The notes under the pieces: generated by a model
What the model was told of the DNA's origin: nothing
The model's database searches: none
Seen by the model: the letters and a program-made list of their open reading frames with translations, nothing else
Origin: Microbacterium sp.
GTDB lineage: Bacteria; Actinomycetota; Actinomycetes; Actinomycetales; Microbacteriaceae
Assembly: GCA_031555515.1 (NCBI GenBank)
Contig: JAVBUG010000158.1
Location: forward strand, 1,591 to 65,590
DNA length: 64,000 nt
Direction of reading: 5' to 3'
In this document: positions 28,038 through 38,049 of the stretch, in pieces
Numbering within the stretch: position 1 is the stretch's first letter
How the letters are laid out: every line of letters begins with the position of its first letter
Program-made: the position numbers and the translations under genes

Positions 28038-29468
28038 GTGGGCACGACCGTCTTCGAACGACAGCGGCCGGCAGCATCCGTCGTCCAGCATTCCCTCGCC
28101 GACACGAAGCACTCGGTGTTCTGGCGCGACGACCTTCCCGACAGCCTCCTTCCCGACCGGCCCGCGCTCGTCGGCACGCACCGCGCCGACCTCGTCGTCG
28201 TGGGTGGCGGATACACGGGCCTGTGGACGGCGCTCCTCGCCACCGAGCGCGACCCCGACGCGAAGGTCGTGGTCGTCGAGGCGCAGCGCGTCGGCTGGGC
28301 TGCGTCGGGACGCAACGGCGGCTTCTGCGAGGCCAGCCTCACCCATGGCCACGAGAACGGCATGGCCCGCTGGCCGAAGGAGATGCCGACCCTCGACCGC
28401 CTGGGGCACGAGAACCTCGATGCGATCGAGGCCGCCGAGGCCCGCTTCGGCATGGACTTCCAGTTCGAGCGCACCGGGCAGCTCGCTCCGGCGATCGAGC
28501 CGCACCAGGTGGAGTGGCTGAAGGAGTGGGCCGCCGAGGGCGAAGAGGGCGTGGTCTATCTCGACCGGGCCGAGGCCCAGGCATCCGTCCACTCCCCCAC
28601 GTACCTCGCTGCGGTCTGGGAGAAGAACGCGTGCGGCATGGTCCATCCCGCACGCATGGCCGCCGAGCTCGCCCGCGTCTGCGAAGAGCGGGGCGTGGTG
28701 ATCTTCGAGCGCTCGCACGTCACCGGGCTCGACACGAGCGGACCGGGCGTGGTCGTGATCACCTCCGACGGGCGGGTCGAGGCATCCCGTGCCGCACTGG
28801 GTACCAACGTGTTCCCGTCGCTGATCAAGCGCAACCGGCTCATGACGGTTCCCGTGTACGACTACGTGCTCATGACCGAGCCGCTCACCGACGCCCAGCT
28901 CGCCTCGATCGGCTGGCAGGACCGCCAGGGCATCGGCGACATGGCCAACCAGTTCCACTACTACCGGATCACCCAGGACAACCGGATCCTGTTCGGCGGC
29001 TACGACGCGATCTACCGGTACGGCCGCAAGGTGGATCCCGAGTACGAGAACCGGCCCGAGACCTGGGCCAAGCTCGCGAGCCATTTCTTCACCACCTTCC
29101 CGCAGCTCGAGGGACTGCGCTTCACGCACCAGTGGGCCGGCGCGATCGATACCTCGACCCAGTTCACGGCGTTCTTCGGCACCGCCCGCGACCGCCGCGT
29201 CGCGTACGCCGCCGGGTTCACGGGACTGGGCGTCGGATCGACGCGCTTCGCCGGCGAGGTCATGCTCGATCTGCTCGACGGTGTGGAGAACGAGCGCACG
29301 CAGCTCGAGATGGTGCGCAAGCGTCCGCTCCCCTTCCCGCCCGAGCCCGCCGCATCGATGGGCATCAACGCGACCCGCTGGTCGCTCGACCGCGCCGACC
29401 ACAACAAGGGCAAGCGCAACCTGCTCCTGAAGACGCTGGATGCGCTCGGTCTGGGGTTCGACTCGTGA
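28038..29468 (+). CDS. FAD-dependent oxidoreductase (PuuB/DadA-like)
   Basis: VVGGGYTGLW, ASGRNGG, RILFGG, GFTGLGVG. Confidence 0.85.
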   Translation: MGTTVFERQRPAASVVQHSLADTKHSVFWRDDLPDSLLPDRPALVGTHRADLVVVGGGYTGLWTALLATERDPDAKVVVVEAQRVGWAASGRNGGFCEASLTHGHENGMARWPKEMPTLDRLGHENLDAIEAAEARFGMDFQFERTGQLAPAIEPHQVEWLKEWAAEGEEGVVYLDRAEAQASVHSPTYLAAVWEKNACGMVHPARMAAELARVCEERGVVIFERSHVTGLDTSGPGVVVITSDGRVEASRAALGTNVFPSLIKRNRLMTVPVYDYVLMTEPLTDAQLASIGWQDRQGIGDMANQFHYYRITQDNRILFGGYDAIYRYGRKVDPEYENRPETWAKLASHFFTTFPQLEGLRFTHQWAGAIDTSTQFTAFFGTARDRRVAYAAGFTGLGVGSTRFAGEVMLDLLDGVENERTQLEMVRKRPLPFPPEPAASMGINATRWSLDRADHNKGKRNLLLKTLDALGLGFDS

Positions 29469-29794
29469 ACCCCGGAATCGTGACGGATGCCGCGTCCCTC
29501 GAGCTCGACCTCGAGCCCCTGGCCGCTGACCACGTTGTGGACGGCGCTCCCGCGACCGGCTACGCCGAGCTGACCGAGACCATCGGGGTGTGGGAGCACA
29601 CGCCCGGCACGTCGACCGACGTCGAGACGGACGAGGTCTTCATCGTGCTTTCGGGCTCGGCGACGGTGTCGTTCGACGATCCGGGTCTCGAGCCGATCGA
29701 ACTCCGCGCCGGATCCGTGGCGCGTCTGACCGCCGGGATGCGCACGGTCTGGACCGTGCGCGAGACGCTCCGCAAGGTCTACATCGCCGGCTGA
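29465..29794 (+). CDS. Cupin domain protein (DUF861-like)
   Basis: GVWEHTPG, DEVFIVLSG, WTVRETLRKVY. Confidence 0.8.
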   Translation: MNPGIVTDAASLELDLEPLAADHVVDGAPATGYAELTETIGVWEHTPGTSTDVETDEVFIVLSGSATVSFDDPGLEPIELRAGSVARLTAGMRTVWTVRETLRKVYIAG

Positions 29795-29802
29795 GTCCGG
29801 CC

Positions 29803-30153
29803 TCACCACCGATCCCCGCGTCTGCGGCGGAACCAGAGGTCGCACGGCTTCGTGGACCCGCGCCTCGCGCCGTGGCATGGTGCCACCTCGTCGGTCTTCG
29901 ACCAGTAGACGTTCATCAGCACCTCGCAGTCGCAGAACCCCCCTCCGTCCTGGAGGCGGCCCTCGAGCGCGACGGCGCGGGGCGCCTGTGCGTCGCGATA
30001 CGTGAGCGCGAGGCGCAGCGAGCCGTCACAGGGGGCGTCGCGCAGGACGCGGTCGAGATAGCACGCCAGGCACTCACCACCCCGCGGAGCGATGATCGCC
30101 GCGGCGAGCCCACGGACGAACGATTCGGCTTGGATGTCGATTGCTGTTTCCAT
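29803..30153 (-). CDS. DUF2695-like Cys-rich protein
   Basis: ECLACY, PCDG, GGFCDCEVLMN. Confidence 0.75.
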   Translation of the reverse strand: METAIDIQAESFVRGLAAAIIAPRGGECLACYLDRVLRDAPCDGSLRLALTYRDAQAPRAVALEGRLQDGGGFCDCEVLMNVYWSKTDEVAPCHGARRGSTKPCDLWFRRRRGDRW

Positions 30154-30220
30154 GGCGAAAGAATGGCGCGGGCCTCCGACATCGAAGTGCTAGCATTGCC
30201 AGCAGTCCGAAGGAGCAGCC

Positions 30221-30445
30221 GTGGGTGCCATCACCGTCCGCAACCTCGATGACGATGTCCAGCAGCGCCTCAAGGAGCGAGCCGCCGCGCACGGCCGCTC
30301 GATGGAGGCGGAAGCGCGAGCGATCCTGACGAGCGCGGTGTCGCCCAGCAGCATGATCATCGATTGGATCGACGCGGCGAGCAGTCTCGCCATCGACCTC
30401 GAACTGCCCGCACGCAGCCTCCCTCGCGAGCTCGATCTGTCGTGA
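30221..30445 (+). CDS. FitA-like ribbon-helix-helix antitoxin
   Basis: ITVRNLDDDVQQRLKERAAAHGRSMEAEARAIL. Confidence 0.9.
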   Translation: MGAITVRNLDDDVQQRLKERAAAHGRSMEAEARAILTSAVSPSSMIIDWIDAASSLAIDLELPARSLPRELDLS

Positions 30446-30855
30446 TCATCCTCGACACGAATGTGCTGTCCGAACCGCTGCGCTCTGTGCCCGACACCGC
30501 CGTCGTCGCCTGGATGACGTCGCAGACGGATGCCGCGATCACCGCGATCTCCGTCGCTGAGCTGCTCGTCGGAGCCCGGCGGCTTCCGGAGGGTGCACGC
30601 CGCGAGCGACTGATCGCGGCCATCGACTCGATTCTCTCGGGGAGCCGTGTGCTGCCCTTCGACGAACGGGCCGCCCGGAGGTATGCGCGCCTGCAGGAGG
30701 CTCGCCGGATCGCCGGACGCCCGCTGTCTGTAGAAGATGGGATGATCGCCGCGATTGCGGCCGCGCACGGTGCGACGCTTGCGACGCGCAACACGAAGGA
30801 CTTCGAGGATCTCGGCATCGACCTCGTCGATCCCTGGGCACCCAGGGACGCGTAG
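30442..30855 (+). CDS. vapC: VapC/FitB PIN-domain toxin
   Basis: IILDTNVLSE, EDGMIAAIA, LATRNTKDF; GTGA overlap with antitoxin. Confidence 0.9.
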   Translation: MIILDTNVLSEPLRSVPDTAVVAWMTSQTDAAITAISVAELLVGARRLPEGARRERLIAAIDSILSGSRVLPFDERAARRYARLQEARRIAGRPLSVEDGMIAAIAAAHGATLATRNTKDFEDLGIDLVDPWAPRDA

Positions 30856-30860
30856 ACGCG

Positions 30861-32522
30861 TCAGCGTCCTGCCGACCTCCGCACGAGCAGCGCCAGATGC
30901 AGCGCCGTCTGGGTCTCGCCGTCGTCGAGATCCACCCCCAGCAGCTCCTCGATCAGCGCGATGCGCTGGTAGAACACCGAGCGCGACAGATGGGATGCCC
31001 CGGCCGCCGCGGTGCGGTTGCCCGGGTGGGCGAGCATCGCCTCGAGGACGTCGAGCAGGTCGCCCGACCGCGAGAGGTCGTAGGCGATGAGCGGCGCCAG
31101 CATGCGCTCGCCATGCTCGAGCACGCGATGGTCATCACGCAGGGCGGTGACCAACTGCACGAGCGGACGATTCTCGGCGCGCCGCAGGTGCGGGCCGCGC
31201 CCCGAGCGCCGCCTCCGGCCGCCCGCGAGGTCGACCGCCTCGTGCACCGAGGCGAGCGCGGCATCGATGCCCTCAGCACTGCGCCCGACCGAGACGGTGA
31301 CGCGCTCGACGTCACCGGCATCGACGAGGGCACGCACGAATGCGACCACGGCGGCATCGTCGAACACGGCCTCCGGCGGCAGCGACACCAGCATCGTGGT
31401 CGCCGGCGCCACGACGCCCGCCGGCGCCGACCCCGCCAGCGCGCGCCCTCGCAGGGCGCGGGCGGCAGCATCCGCCCGCTCCACCGCGACCGGCGCGCCC
31501 GACACGACCAGCCCGTAGAGCTTGGCGCCGCGCAGCGGCAGGCCGGCCGCCTCGAGGCGAGCGGCGGCGCCGCCGACCCCGGCGAAGCGTCCGGCGAGCA
31601 GCCCGTCGACGAGGCGCCGCCGTCCTATGCGCGCCCACTCGTCGGCGTCGCCGTCGGCGAGACGGCCGACCGCGAGGGCGATCGCGCCCTGCTCGAGCAC
31701 TGCGGTGCGTCCGGCCGCGTGCTCCGGTCCCGGCAGCGCGATGAGATTTCCCCAACGGATGCCTCGTGCCTCGACCGGGACGATCAGCCAGTCTTCCGCT
31801 CCGGCAGGGATGCCGCGCTCCCGGCACTGCTCGGAGCGCCGGTGCGCGGAACGCGATCGCAGCTCCCACTCGGTGAAGAGCTCCTCCTCCATCGCCAGCG
31901 GCACCTCTGCCGCGACGACCTCGTAGCCGAGGTTCTCGAGCACGATGGGCGCGCCGAGGGTCTGCGCGAGCTGGTGGACGATGAAGTCCGCGGGCGATCC
32001 GCGCAGCACGAGCGCTGTGAACCGCTCGCGCACCTCATCACGCGCGCGCAGCGCGTCGGTCTGTCCCGTGATGATGCGGCTGTGGACGGCCTCGGTGACC
32101 GTGACGAACTTCAGCTCCCGGTGGAGCACGACCAGGGCGAGGCCGCGCTCGCGGGCGGCCTCGACGACCACCGCGGGGACGTACCGATAGTGGGTGCCCA
32201 GCTCGAGCACGAGGCCGGAGAGCCCCGCGTCGGCGAGCTCGTCGACGAACCGGCGTAGGTCCCCGGGCTCCACCGGCCACGACGAACCGGTCGACAGCAG
32301 CATCTCGCCGCCGTCCAGCAGGCGAGCGACGCCGGCGCTGTCGGAGACGTGCAGCCAGCGCACGCGCGCATCGAGCGCATCATCGCCGACGAGCACTTCG
32401 GGAACGCCCTGCGCGACCGCTTCGAGCGCGATCACTTCGCGCACGGTCGGGAGGATCTCATCTGCGGATCGATCTGCCGGACGATCCGTTTGGATCGTCC
32501 GATCTTCGCGACGGTCGGACAC
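30861..32522 (-). CDS. PucR family transcriptional regulator
   Basis: VRWLHVSD..LLDGGEMLLSTG N-terminal domain; C-terminal HTH (HLSRSVFYQRI); start uncertain. Confidence 0.88.
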   Translation of the reverse strand: MSDRREDRTIQTDRPADRSADEILPTVREVIALEAVAQGVPEVLVGDDALDARVRWLHVSDSAGVARLLDGGEMLLSTGSSWPVEPGDLRRFVDELADAGLSGLVLELGTHYRYVPAVVVEAARERGLALVVLHRELKFVTVTEAVHSRIITGQTDALRARDEVRERFTALVLRGSPADFIVHQLAQTLGAPIVLENLGYEVVAAEVPLAMEEELFTEWELRSRSAHRRSEQCRERGIPAGAEDWLIVPVEARGIRWGNLIALPGPEHAAGRTAVLEQGAIALAVGRLADGDADEWARIGRRRLVDGLLAGRFAGVGGAAARLEAAGLPLRGAKLYGLVVSGAPVAVERADAAARALRGRALAGSAPAGVVAPATTMLVSLPPEAVFDDAAVVAFVRALVDAGDVERVTVSVGRSAEGIDAALASVHEAVDLAGGRRRRSGRGPHLRRAENRPLVQLVTALRDDHRVLEHGERMLAPLIAYDLSRSGDLLDVLEAMLAHPGNRTAAAGASHLSRSVFYQRIALIEELLGVDLDDGETQTALHLALLVRRSAGR

Positions 32523-32612
32523 CGTGGCCGCCTCTTCTTCTCTGACAGGCTGGGATCCGTCAAGCCTAGGGGATCACCACACGATCTGTCCGACACCGAG
32601 AAGGAGCCACCC

Positions 32613-34166
32613 ATGAGCATTGCCGAGAGCGCCGTCGCGCCCGCGACCACGGACGCCGACGTCCGGGTGATTTCGCATTGGATCGACGGCGCGGAGCGGC
32701 CGTCGTCGTCGGGTCGGACGGCGCCGGTGTACAACCCCGCGACGGGCGCGGTGAGCGCTCGCGTGGCGTTGGCGGATCAGGCGGAGATCGATGCGGCGAT
32801 CGCGTCGGCAGTGGCCGGGTTCCAGGTGTGGAAGGGGTACTCGATCGCGCGGCGGCAGACGGTGCTGTTCGCCTTCCGGGAGCTGCTGAATTCGCGGAAG
32901 CGGGAGCTGGCGGAGATCATCACGGCGGAGCACGGCAAGGTGCTCTCGGACGCGATGGGCGAGATCCTCCGCGGCCAGGAGGTCGTGGAGTTGGCGACCG
33001 GGTTCCCGCACCTGATCAAGGGCGCCTTCAGTGAGAACGCGTCCACCGGGATCGACGTGTACTCGCTCAAGCAGCCGCTCGGGGTCGTCGGGATCATCAG
33101 CCCGTTCAATTTCCCGGCGATGGTGCCGATGTGGTTCTTCCCGATCGCGATCGCCGCCGGCAACGCCGTGATCCTCAAGCCCTCCGAGAAGGACCCGACC
33201 GCCGCGCTGTGGCTCGCGCAGCTCTGGAAGGAGGCGGGACTGCCGGACGGGGTGTTCACGGTGCTGCAGGGCGACAAGCTCGCCGTCGACGGACTGCTCA
33301 CCTCCCCGGACGTCGCGTCGATCTCGTTCGTGGGGTCCACGCCGATCGCGCAGTACATCTACGAAACTGCCAGCAAGCACGGCAAGCGGGTGCAGGCGCT
33401 CGGTGGCGCCAAGAACCACATGCTCGTGCTCCCCGACGCGGACCTCGACCTGGTCGCCGACCAGGCCGTCAACGCCGGCTACGGTGCCGCCGGGGAACGC
33501 TGCATGGCCATCAGCGTCGTCCTCGCCGTCGAACCCGTCGCCGACGACCTCATCGCGAAGATCCAAGACCGCATCGGCAAGCTGCGCATCGGCAACGGGG
33601 CCGGGGTCGACGGCGTCGAACCCGACATGGGCCCGCTGATCACCGACATCCACCGCGACAAGGTCTCCTCCTACGTCGACATCGCCGAAGCCGACGGGGC
33701 CAAGATCGTCGTCGACGGCCGCAACTACACGGTGGACGGGCATGAGGATGGGTTCTTCTTCGGCCCCACCCTGATCGATGACATCCCCACCACCAGTCGG
33801 GCGTATCAGGAGGAGATCTTCGGACCCGTCCTCTCCGTCGTCCGCGTGAACAGCTACGACGAGGGCCTGGAGCTGATCAACAGTGGCCAGTTCGGCAACG
33901 GCACCGCGATCTTCACCAACGACGGCGGCGCTGCCCGCCGGTTCCAGAACGAGGTGCAGGTCGGCATGATCGGCATCAACGTGCCGATCCCCGTCCCGGT
34001 CGCCTACCACTCGTTCGGCGGGTGGAAGCAGTCGCTGTTCGGCGACGCGAAAGCCTACGGCGTCCATGGGTTCGACTTCTTCACCCGCGAGAAGGCCATC
34101 ACCTCCCGCTGGCTCGACCCCGCCAGCCACGGCGGCATCAACCTCGGCTTCCCCCAGAACAACTGA
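32613..34166 (+). CDS. mmsA: CoA-acylating (methyl)malonate-semialdehyde dehydrogenase
   Basis: PFNFPAMVP, KPSEKDP, GGAKNH, AGERCMA, EEIFGPV, INVPIPVP. Confidence 0.92.
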   Translation: MSIAESAVAPATTDADVRVISHWIDGAERPSSSGRTAPVYNPATGAVSARVALADQAEIDAAIASAVAGFQVWKGYSIARRQTVLFAFRELLNSRKRELAEIITAEHGKVLSDAMGEILRGQEVVELATGFPHLIKGAFSENASTGIDVYSLKQPLGVVGIISPFNFPAMVPMWFFPIAIAAGNAVILKPSEKDPTAALWLAQLWKEAGLPDGVFTVLQGDKLAVDGLLTSPDVASISFVGSTPIAQYIYETASKHGKRVQALGGAKNHMLVLPDADLDLVADQAVNAGYGAAGERCMAISVVLAVEPVADDLIAKIQDRIGKLRIGNGAGVDGVEPDMGPLITDIHRDKVSSYVDIAEADGAKIVVDGRNYTVDGHEDGFFFGPTLIDDIPTTSRAYQEEIFGPVLSVVRVNSYDEGLELINSGQFGNGTAIFTNDGGAARRFQNEVQVGMIGINVPIPVPVAYHSFGGWKQSLFGDAKAYGVHGFDFFTREKAITSRWLDPASHGGINLGFPQNN

Positions 34167-34254
34167 CCTTCCGCACTGGGCGTGTGCGCCGGGCTCAGAG
34201 CGTTTCGACTCGCAGGCTCGCTCAACGACCGATAAGGACCACTGGAGCATCCTC

Positions 34255-35637
34255 ATGACTGACACACTCACCCCAACCCCCGCCGTCCACACCGACCCCG
34301 AGGCCGAAGCCCGCGTGCGCGCGGACGATCGCGGTCACGTGTTCCACTCGTGGAGTGCGCAGGCGCTCATCGACCCGCTCCCCATCGCGGCGGGTGAGGG
34401 CTCGACCTTCTGGGACTACCAGGGCAACTCGTACCTCGACTTCAGCTCGCAGCTGGTGAACCTCAACCTCGGCCACCAGCATCCGGATCTCGTCCGGGCG
34501 ATCCAGGATCAGGCGGGTCGTCTCGCCACGATCCAGCCCTCGATGGCCAACGACGTGCGCGGCGAGCTCGCCCGCCGCATCGCCGAGGTCGCCGGCGACG
34601 GGTTCGAGAAGGTGTTCTTCACGAACGGCGGCGCCGACGCGAACGAGAACGCCGTGCGCATGGCGCGCCTCGTCACCGGCCGCCGCAAGGTGCTGTCGAT
34701 GTACCGCAGCTACCACGGCAACACCACGACCGCGATCTCGCTGACCGGCGACCCCCGCCGCTGGCCCAACGAGCCCGCCGACGGGTCGACCGCCAAGTTC
34801 TTCGGCCCCTACCCCTACCGTTCGGCGTTCCACTCGTCGAGCGCCGAGGAGGAGACGCAGCGCGCGCTGGAGCACCTCGAGCAGACCATCGTGCTCGAGG
34901 GCGCCGCGACGATCGCGGCGATCATCATCGAGACGATCGTCGGCACGAACGGCGTGCTGGTGCCGCCGCCGGGCTACCTCGCCGGCGTGCGCGAGCTGTG
35001 CGACCGCTACGGCATCGTCTACATCGCCGACGAGGTCATGGTCGGTTTCGGCCGCGTGGGCGAGTGGTTCGCGTTCCAGGCGTTCGACGTGCAACCCGAC
35101 CTCATCACGTTCGCGAAGGGCGTGAACTCGGGCTACGTGCCGCTCGGCGGCGTCGTCATCTCGGAGCGCATCGCATCCCATTTCGACACCGTGGCGTTCC
35201 CCGGCGGGCTCACGTACTCCGGCCACCCGCTCGCGTGCGCGGCCGGGGTGGCCACGTTCGAGGTGTTCGAGCGCGACGGCATCCTCGAGCGCGTGCGCGA
35301 CCTCGGGTCGCGCGTCGTCGAGCCGCGCCTGCGCGACCTCGCGTCGCGGCATCCGTCCGTCGGCGACGTGCGGGGAATCGGCCTCTTCTGGGCGATCGAG
35401 CTCGTCAAGGATCGCGAGACCCGCGAGCAGCTCGTGCCGTTCAACGCGAGCGGGACGGATGCTGCGCCCATCGCCGCGGTCGCCGCGGCGTGCAAGCGCG
35501 AGGGCGTCTGGCCGTTCACGCACTTCAACCGCGTGCACGTAGCCCCTCCCCTCGTGGTCACCGAGGACGAGCTGGTGCGAGGGCTCGATGTGATCGACCG
35601 GGCGCTCTCGGCCGCCGACGAGTACGTCACGCGCTGA
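34255..35637 (+). CDS. Class III (omega) aminotransferase
   Basis: VFHSWSAQ, YLDFSSQL, YHG, IADEVMVGFGR, PDLITFAKG. Confidence 0.9.
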   Translation: MTDTLTPTPAVHTDPEAEARVRADDRGHVFHSWSAQALIDPLPIAAGEGSTFWDYQGNSYLDFSSQLVNLNLGHQHPDLVRAIQDQAGRLATIQPSMANDVRGELARRIAEVAGDGFEKVFFTNGGADANENAVRMARLVTGRRKVLSMYRSYHGNTTTAISLTGDPRRWPNEPADGSTAKFFGPYPYRSAFHSSSAEEETQRALEHLEQTIVLEGAATIAAIIIETIVGTNGVLVPPPGYLAGVRELCDRYGIVYIADEVMVGFGRVGEWFAFQAFDVQPDLITFAKGVNSGYVPLGGVVISERIASHFDTVAFPGGLTYSGHPLACAAGVATFEVFERDGILERVRDLGSRVVEPRLRDLASRHPSVGDVRGIGLFWAIELVKDRETREQLVPFNASGTDAAPIAAVAAACKREGVWPFTHFNRVHVAPPLVVTEDELVRGLDVIDRALSAADEYVTR

Positions 35638-35651
35638 TCAGCGCCCCCTTC

Positions 35652-35682
35652 CGGCCCCGCGTCCGCTCAGGACGCGGGGCCG
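35652..35682 (+). terminator. Hairpin terminator after aminotransferase
   Basis: CGGCCCCGCGTCC-gctca-GGACGCGGGGCCG. Confidence 0.7.
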
Positions 35683-35783
35683 CTTCGCACCGCCATGCGA
35701 ATCGATCCGATGCGCGGGAATGAATCACCCCTCCCCACGGTTATTTCTGTACTCAGCACCATGTGCTGCTCCAGGAGGGGACC

Positions 35784-36191
35784 GTGGGAAAGAACTACAT
35801 CGACATCGAGAACGACCAGGGCGAGATGCTGCGCTACCGCAAGCACGTCAACGGTCGGGGCCTGATCGCGCACGGAGCGAAGGTGCACCCCAGCGCCATC
35901 GTCGAAGCGGGGGCGTATGTCGAACCGGGCGTGCAGATCGCCGCAGGCGCGCACGTCGGCCGGGGCGTATGGGTCGAGACGGATGCCGTCATCGGACCCG
36001 ACGCCGAGATCGCACCGCACGCCCACATCGGGCCGCGCGCGGCCATCGGCCCGCGCGCCAAGATCGGCGTGCGCACCCAGGTCGGGCACGACGCCCGTGT
36101 CGCCGGAGGCTCGCTCATCGGCGACGACGAGACGATCGCCGACGGCGAGCGCGTCGCCACCGACAAGCGCGGACTGCGCCTGGCTGCCTGA
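35784..36191 (+). CDS. Hexapeptide-repeat (left-handed beta-helix) protein
   Basis: Repeating IGPxAx/VGxxAx units; RBS AGGAGG. Confidence 0.8.
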   Translation: MGKNYIDIENDQGEMLRYRKHVNGRGLIAHGAKVHPSAIVEAGAYVEPGVQIAAGAHVGRGVWVETDAVIGPDAEIAPHAHIGPRAAIGPRAKIGVRTQVGHDARVAGGSLIGDDETIADGERVATDKRGLRLAA

Positions 36192-36233
36192 TCGTCGCGG
36201 TGGCGCGTCGGCGCCACCGCATAGGCTCGCGTC

Positions 36234-36803
36234 GTGCTCAGACGCGTCATCCTCGGCATCCTGCTGCTCGTCATCGCGGGCGGCGCGTACTGGTGGTTCA
36301 TCGCGCGCGAGCCGGCCGAGCCACCGATCATCCCGGCCGCGCCCGCGACGACGACCACGATGCCGGCAATCCCGGCGGACGCCTTCGAGATGACCGTCGA
36401 GAGCGTCCACGACGGCGACACGCTGCGCGCCCGTGTCTCAGCTCCGAACGCCGTCGTCGGCGATCTCGAATCCACGCGCGTTCGCCTGCTGGGCATCGAC
36501 ACCCCCGAGATCTCCCCCGAACTCGACTGCTGGGGTGCGGAGGCGACGACGAAGCTGGCTTCGCTCGTGCCCGTGGGGTCGACGATCTGGGTCGCCCCCG
36601 ACGTGGAGGTGCACGACCAGTACGGCCGCACTCTGCTCTACGTCTGGACGCCCGACGGCCGCTTCGTGAACGGCGAACTGGTCGCCCAGGGCGACGCGCG
36701 CGTCGAGGTCTACTCGCCCAATCGCAGCCAGGAGACGCTGCTCCGGTCGCTCGAATCGGCAGCCGTCGCGACGGCTGCTGGGCAGTGGGGCGCGTGCGGC
36801 TGA
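36234..36803 (+). CDS. Thermonuclease (SNase) family membrane-anchored protein
   Basis: VHDGDT, VRLLGIDTPE, DQYGRTLLYV; N-terminal TM. Confidence 0.88.
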   Translation: MLRRVILGILLLVIAGGAYWWFIAREPAEPPIIPAAPATTTTMPAIPADAFEMTVESVHDGDTLRARVSAPNAVVGDLESTRVRLLGIDTPEISPELDCWGAEATTKLASLVPVGSTIWVAPDVEVHDQYGRTLLYVWTPDGRFVNGELVAQGDARVEVYSPNRSQETLLRSLESAAVATAAGQWGACG

Positions 36804-36824
36804 ACGGTCACGCGGGTGCGGCGG

Positions 36825-37223
36825 TCACGCGAACAGGAACAGCACGAACCCGATGAGCGGCAGCGTGCCCTGGAGGAGCGCCGCCCTCAGGTACCGCAGC
36901 CCGGTCGTCAGCAGCACGAGCGCGGCGGCGACCATCGACCCGAGGGCGAAGAGCGCGAGCGCGAGCCCCGCGGCGTGCACCGGCGCGGCATCCGCACCTG
37001 CGAAGAGCAGCACGAGCCCGATCGCGACACCGACGGCGAGGAACAGGTTGTAGAAGCCCTGGTTGTACGCCATCGGCCTCGTCGTATCGGCGGCCGCCTG
37101 GTCGGCCACGCCGAACCGCTTCCAGATCTTCGGCTGTGTCCATTGGACGCTCTCCATCACGAAGATGTACACGTGAAGCAGCGCCGCCAGCGCCGCGAAG
37201 ACCGTTGCGAGAATCGCCACCAT
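36825..37223 (-). CDS. DUF1304 family membrane protein
   Basis: LHVYIFVMES, NQGFYNLFLA. Confidence 0.85.
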   Translation of the reverse strand: MVAILATVFAALAALLHVYIFVMESVQWTQPKIWKRFGVADQAAADTTRPMAYNQGFYNLFLAVGVAIGLVLLFAGADAAPVHAAGLALALFALGSMVAAALVLLTTGLRYLRAALLQGTLPLIGFVLFLFA

Positions 37224-37258
37224 GAGCGAACCATATCGCCCCGGCTACGCTGATCAGC

Positions 37259-38032
37259 ATGGCGAAGGGCGGGTCGCGCACAGGCGGACGAGGACGCGGC
37301 GCATCGGGCAAGCGCCAGGGCGCAGCATCCGGTGTCCCCTCGAAGGCGAAGGACGGGAAGCAGCAGCCTGCGAAGCCGCGTCGGCCGCAGCCGTCGCCGG
37401 GACCGTCACCGACCCCGCCGGCCGAGGCGGTGATGCCCGCGACGTTCACGCTCGGTGCGATCCCGGGCGCGACGCCCGGCAAGTGGATCGACATCTGGAA
37501 CGAACGGATGCCGCAGACCAGCCTCGAACTCGTGGCACTGACGGTCGCCGATCAGCGCCGGGCGCTGCGCGACGGCGAGGTCGACGCGGCCCTCGTGCGG
37601 CTGCCGATCGACAAGGACGGCCTCCACGTCATCCCCCTGTACGACGAGGTCCCGGTGGTCGTGTGCGCGAAGGACTCGCACCTGACCGCGGCTGACGACG
37701 AACTCGACGCCGCCGACCTCGTGGGCGAGGTGCTCATCGTGCCCCGGGACGACGTGCTCGGCATCGTGCTTCCCGGCACCGTCGCGCCGCGATTCACCCC
37801 ACCGGACGAGACGGGCGAGGCGATCGCCACCGTCGCAGCCGGGGTCGGCATCGTGGTGGTGCCGATGTCGCTGGCGCGGCTGCATCAGCGCAAGGACGTC
37901 GATTACCGCCCGCTGCGCGAAGGGCCCCTCTCGACCGTCGCGCTCGCGTGGGCCGCCGACCGCGCCACCCCCGCGATCGAGGCGTTCGTGGGGATCGTGC
38001 GCGGTCGTACGGCGAACTCGTCGCGCGGCTGA
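37259..38032 (+). CDS. LysR substrate-binding-domain protein lacking an HTH
   Basis: PGATPGKW, DAALVRLP, VAAGVGIVVVP, VRGRTANSSR; basic disordered N-terminus; start could be about 37433. Confidence 0.75.
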   Translation: MAKGGSRTGGRGRGASGKRQGAASGVPSKAKDGKQQPAKPRRPQPSPGPSPTPPAEAVMPATFTLGAIPGATPGKWIDIWNERMPQTSLELVALTVADQRRALRDGEVDAALVRLPIDKDGLHVIPLYDEVPVVVCAKDSHLTAADDELDAADLVGEVLIVPRDDVLGIVLPGTVAPRFTPPDETGEAIATVAAGVGIVVVPMSLARLHQRKDVDYRPLREGPLSTVALAWAADRATPAIEAFVGIVRGRTANSSRG

Positions 38033-38049
38033 GCGCCGGACTCCGCCGC

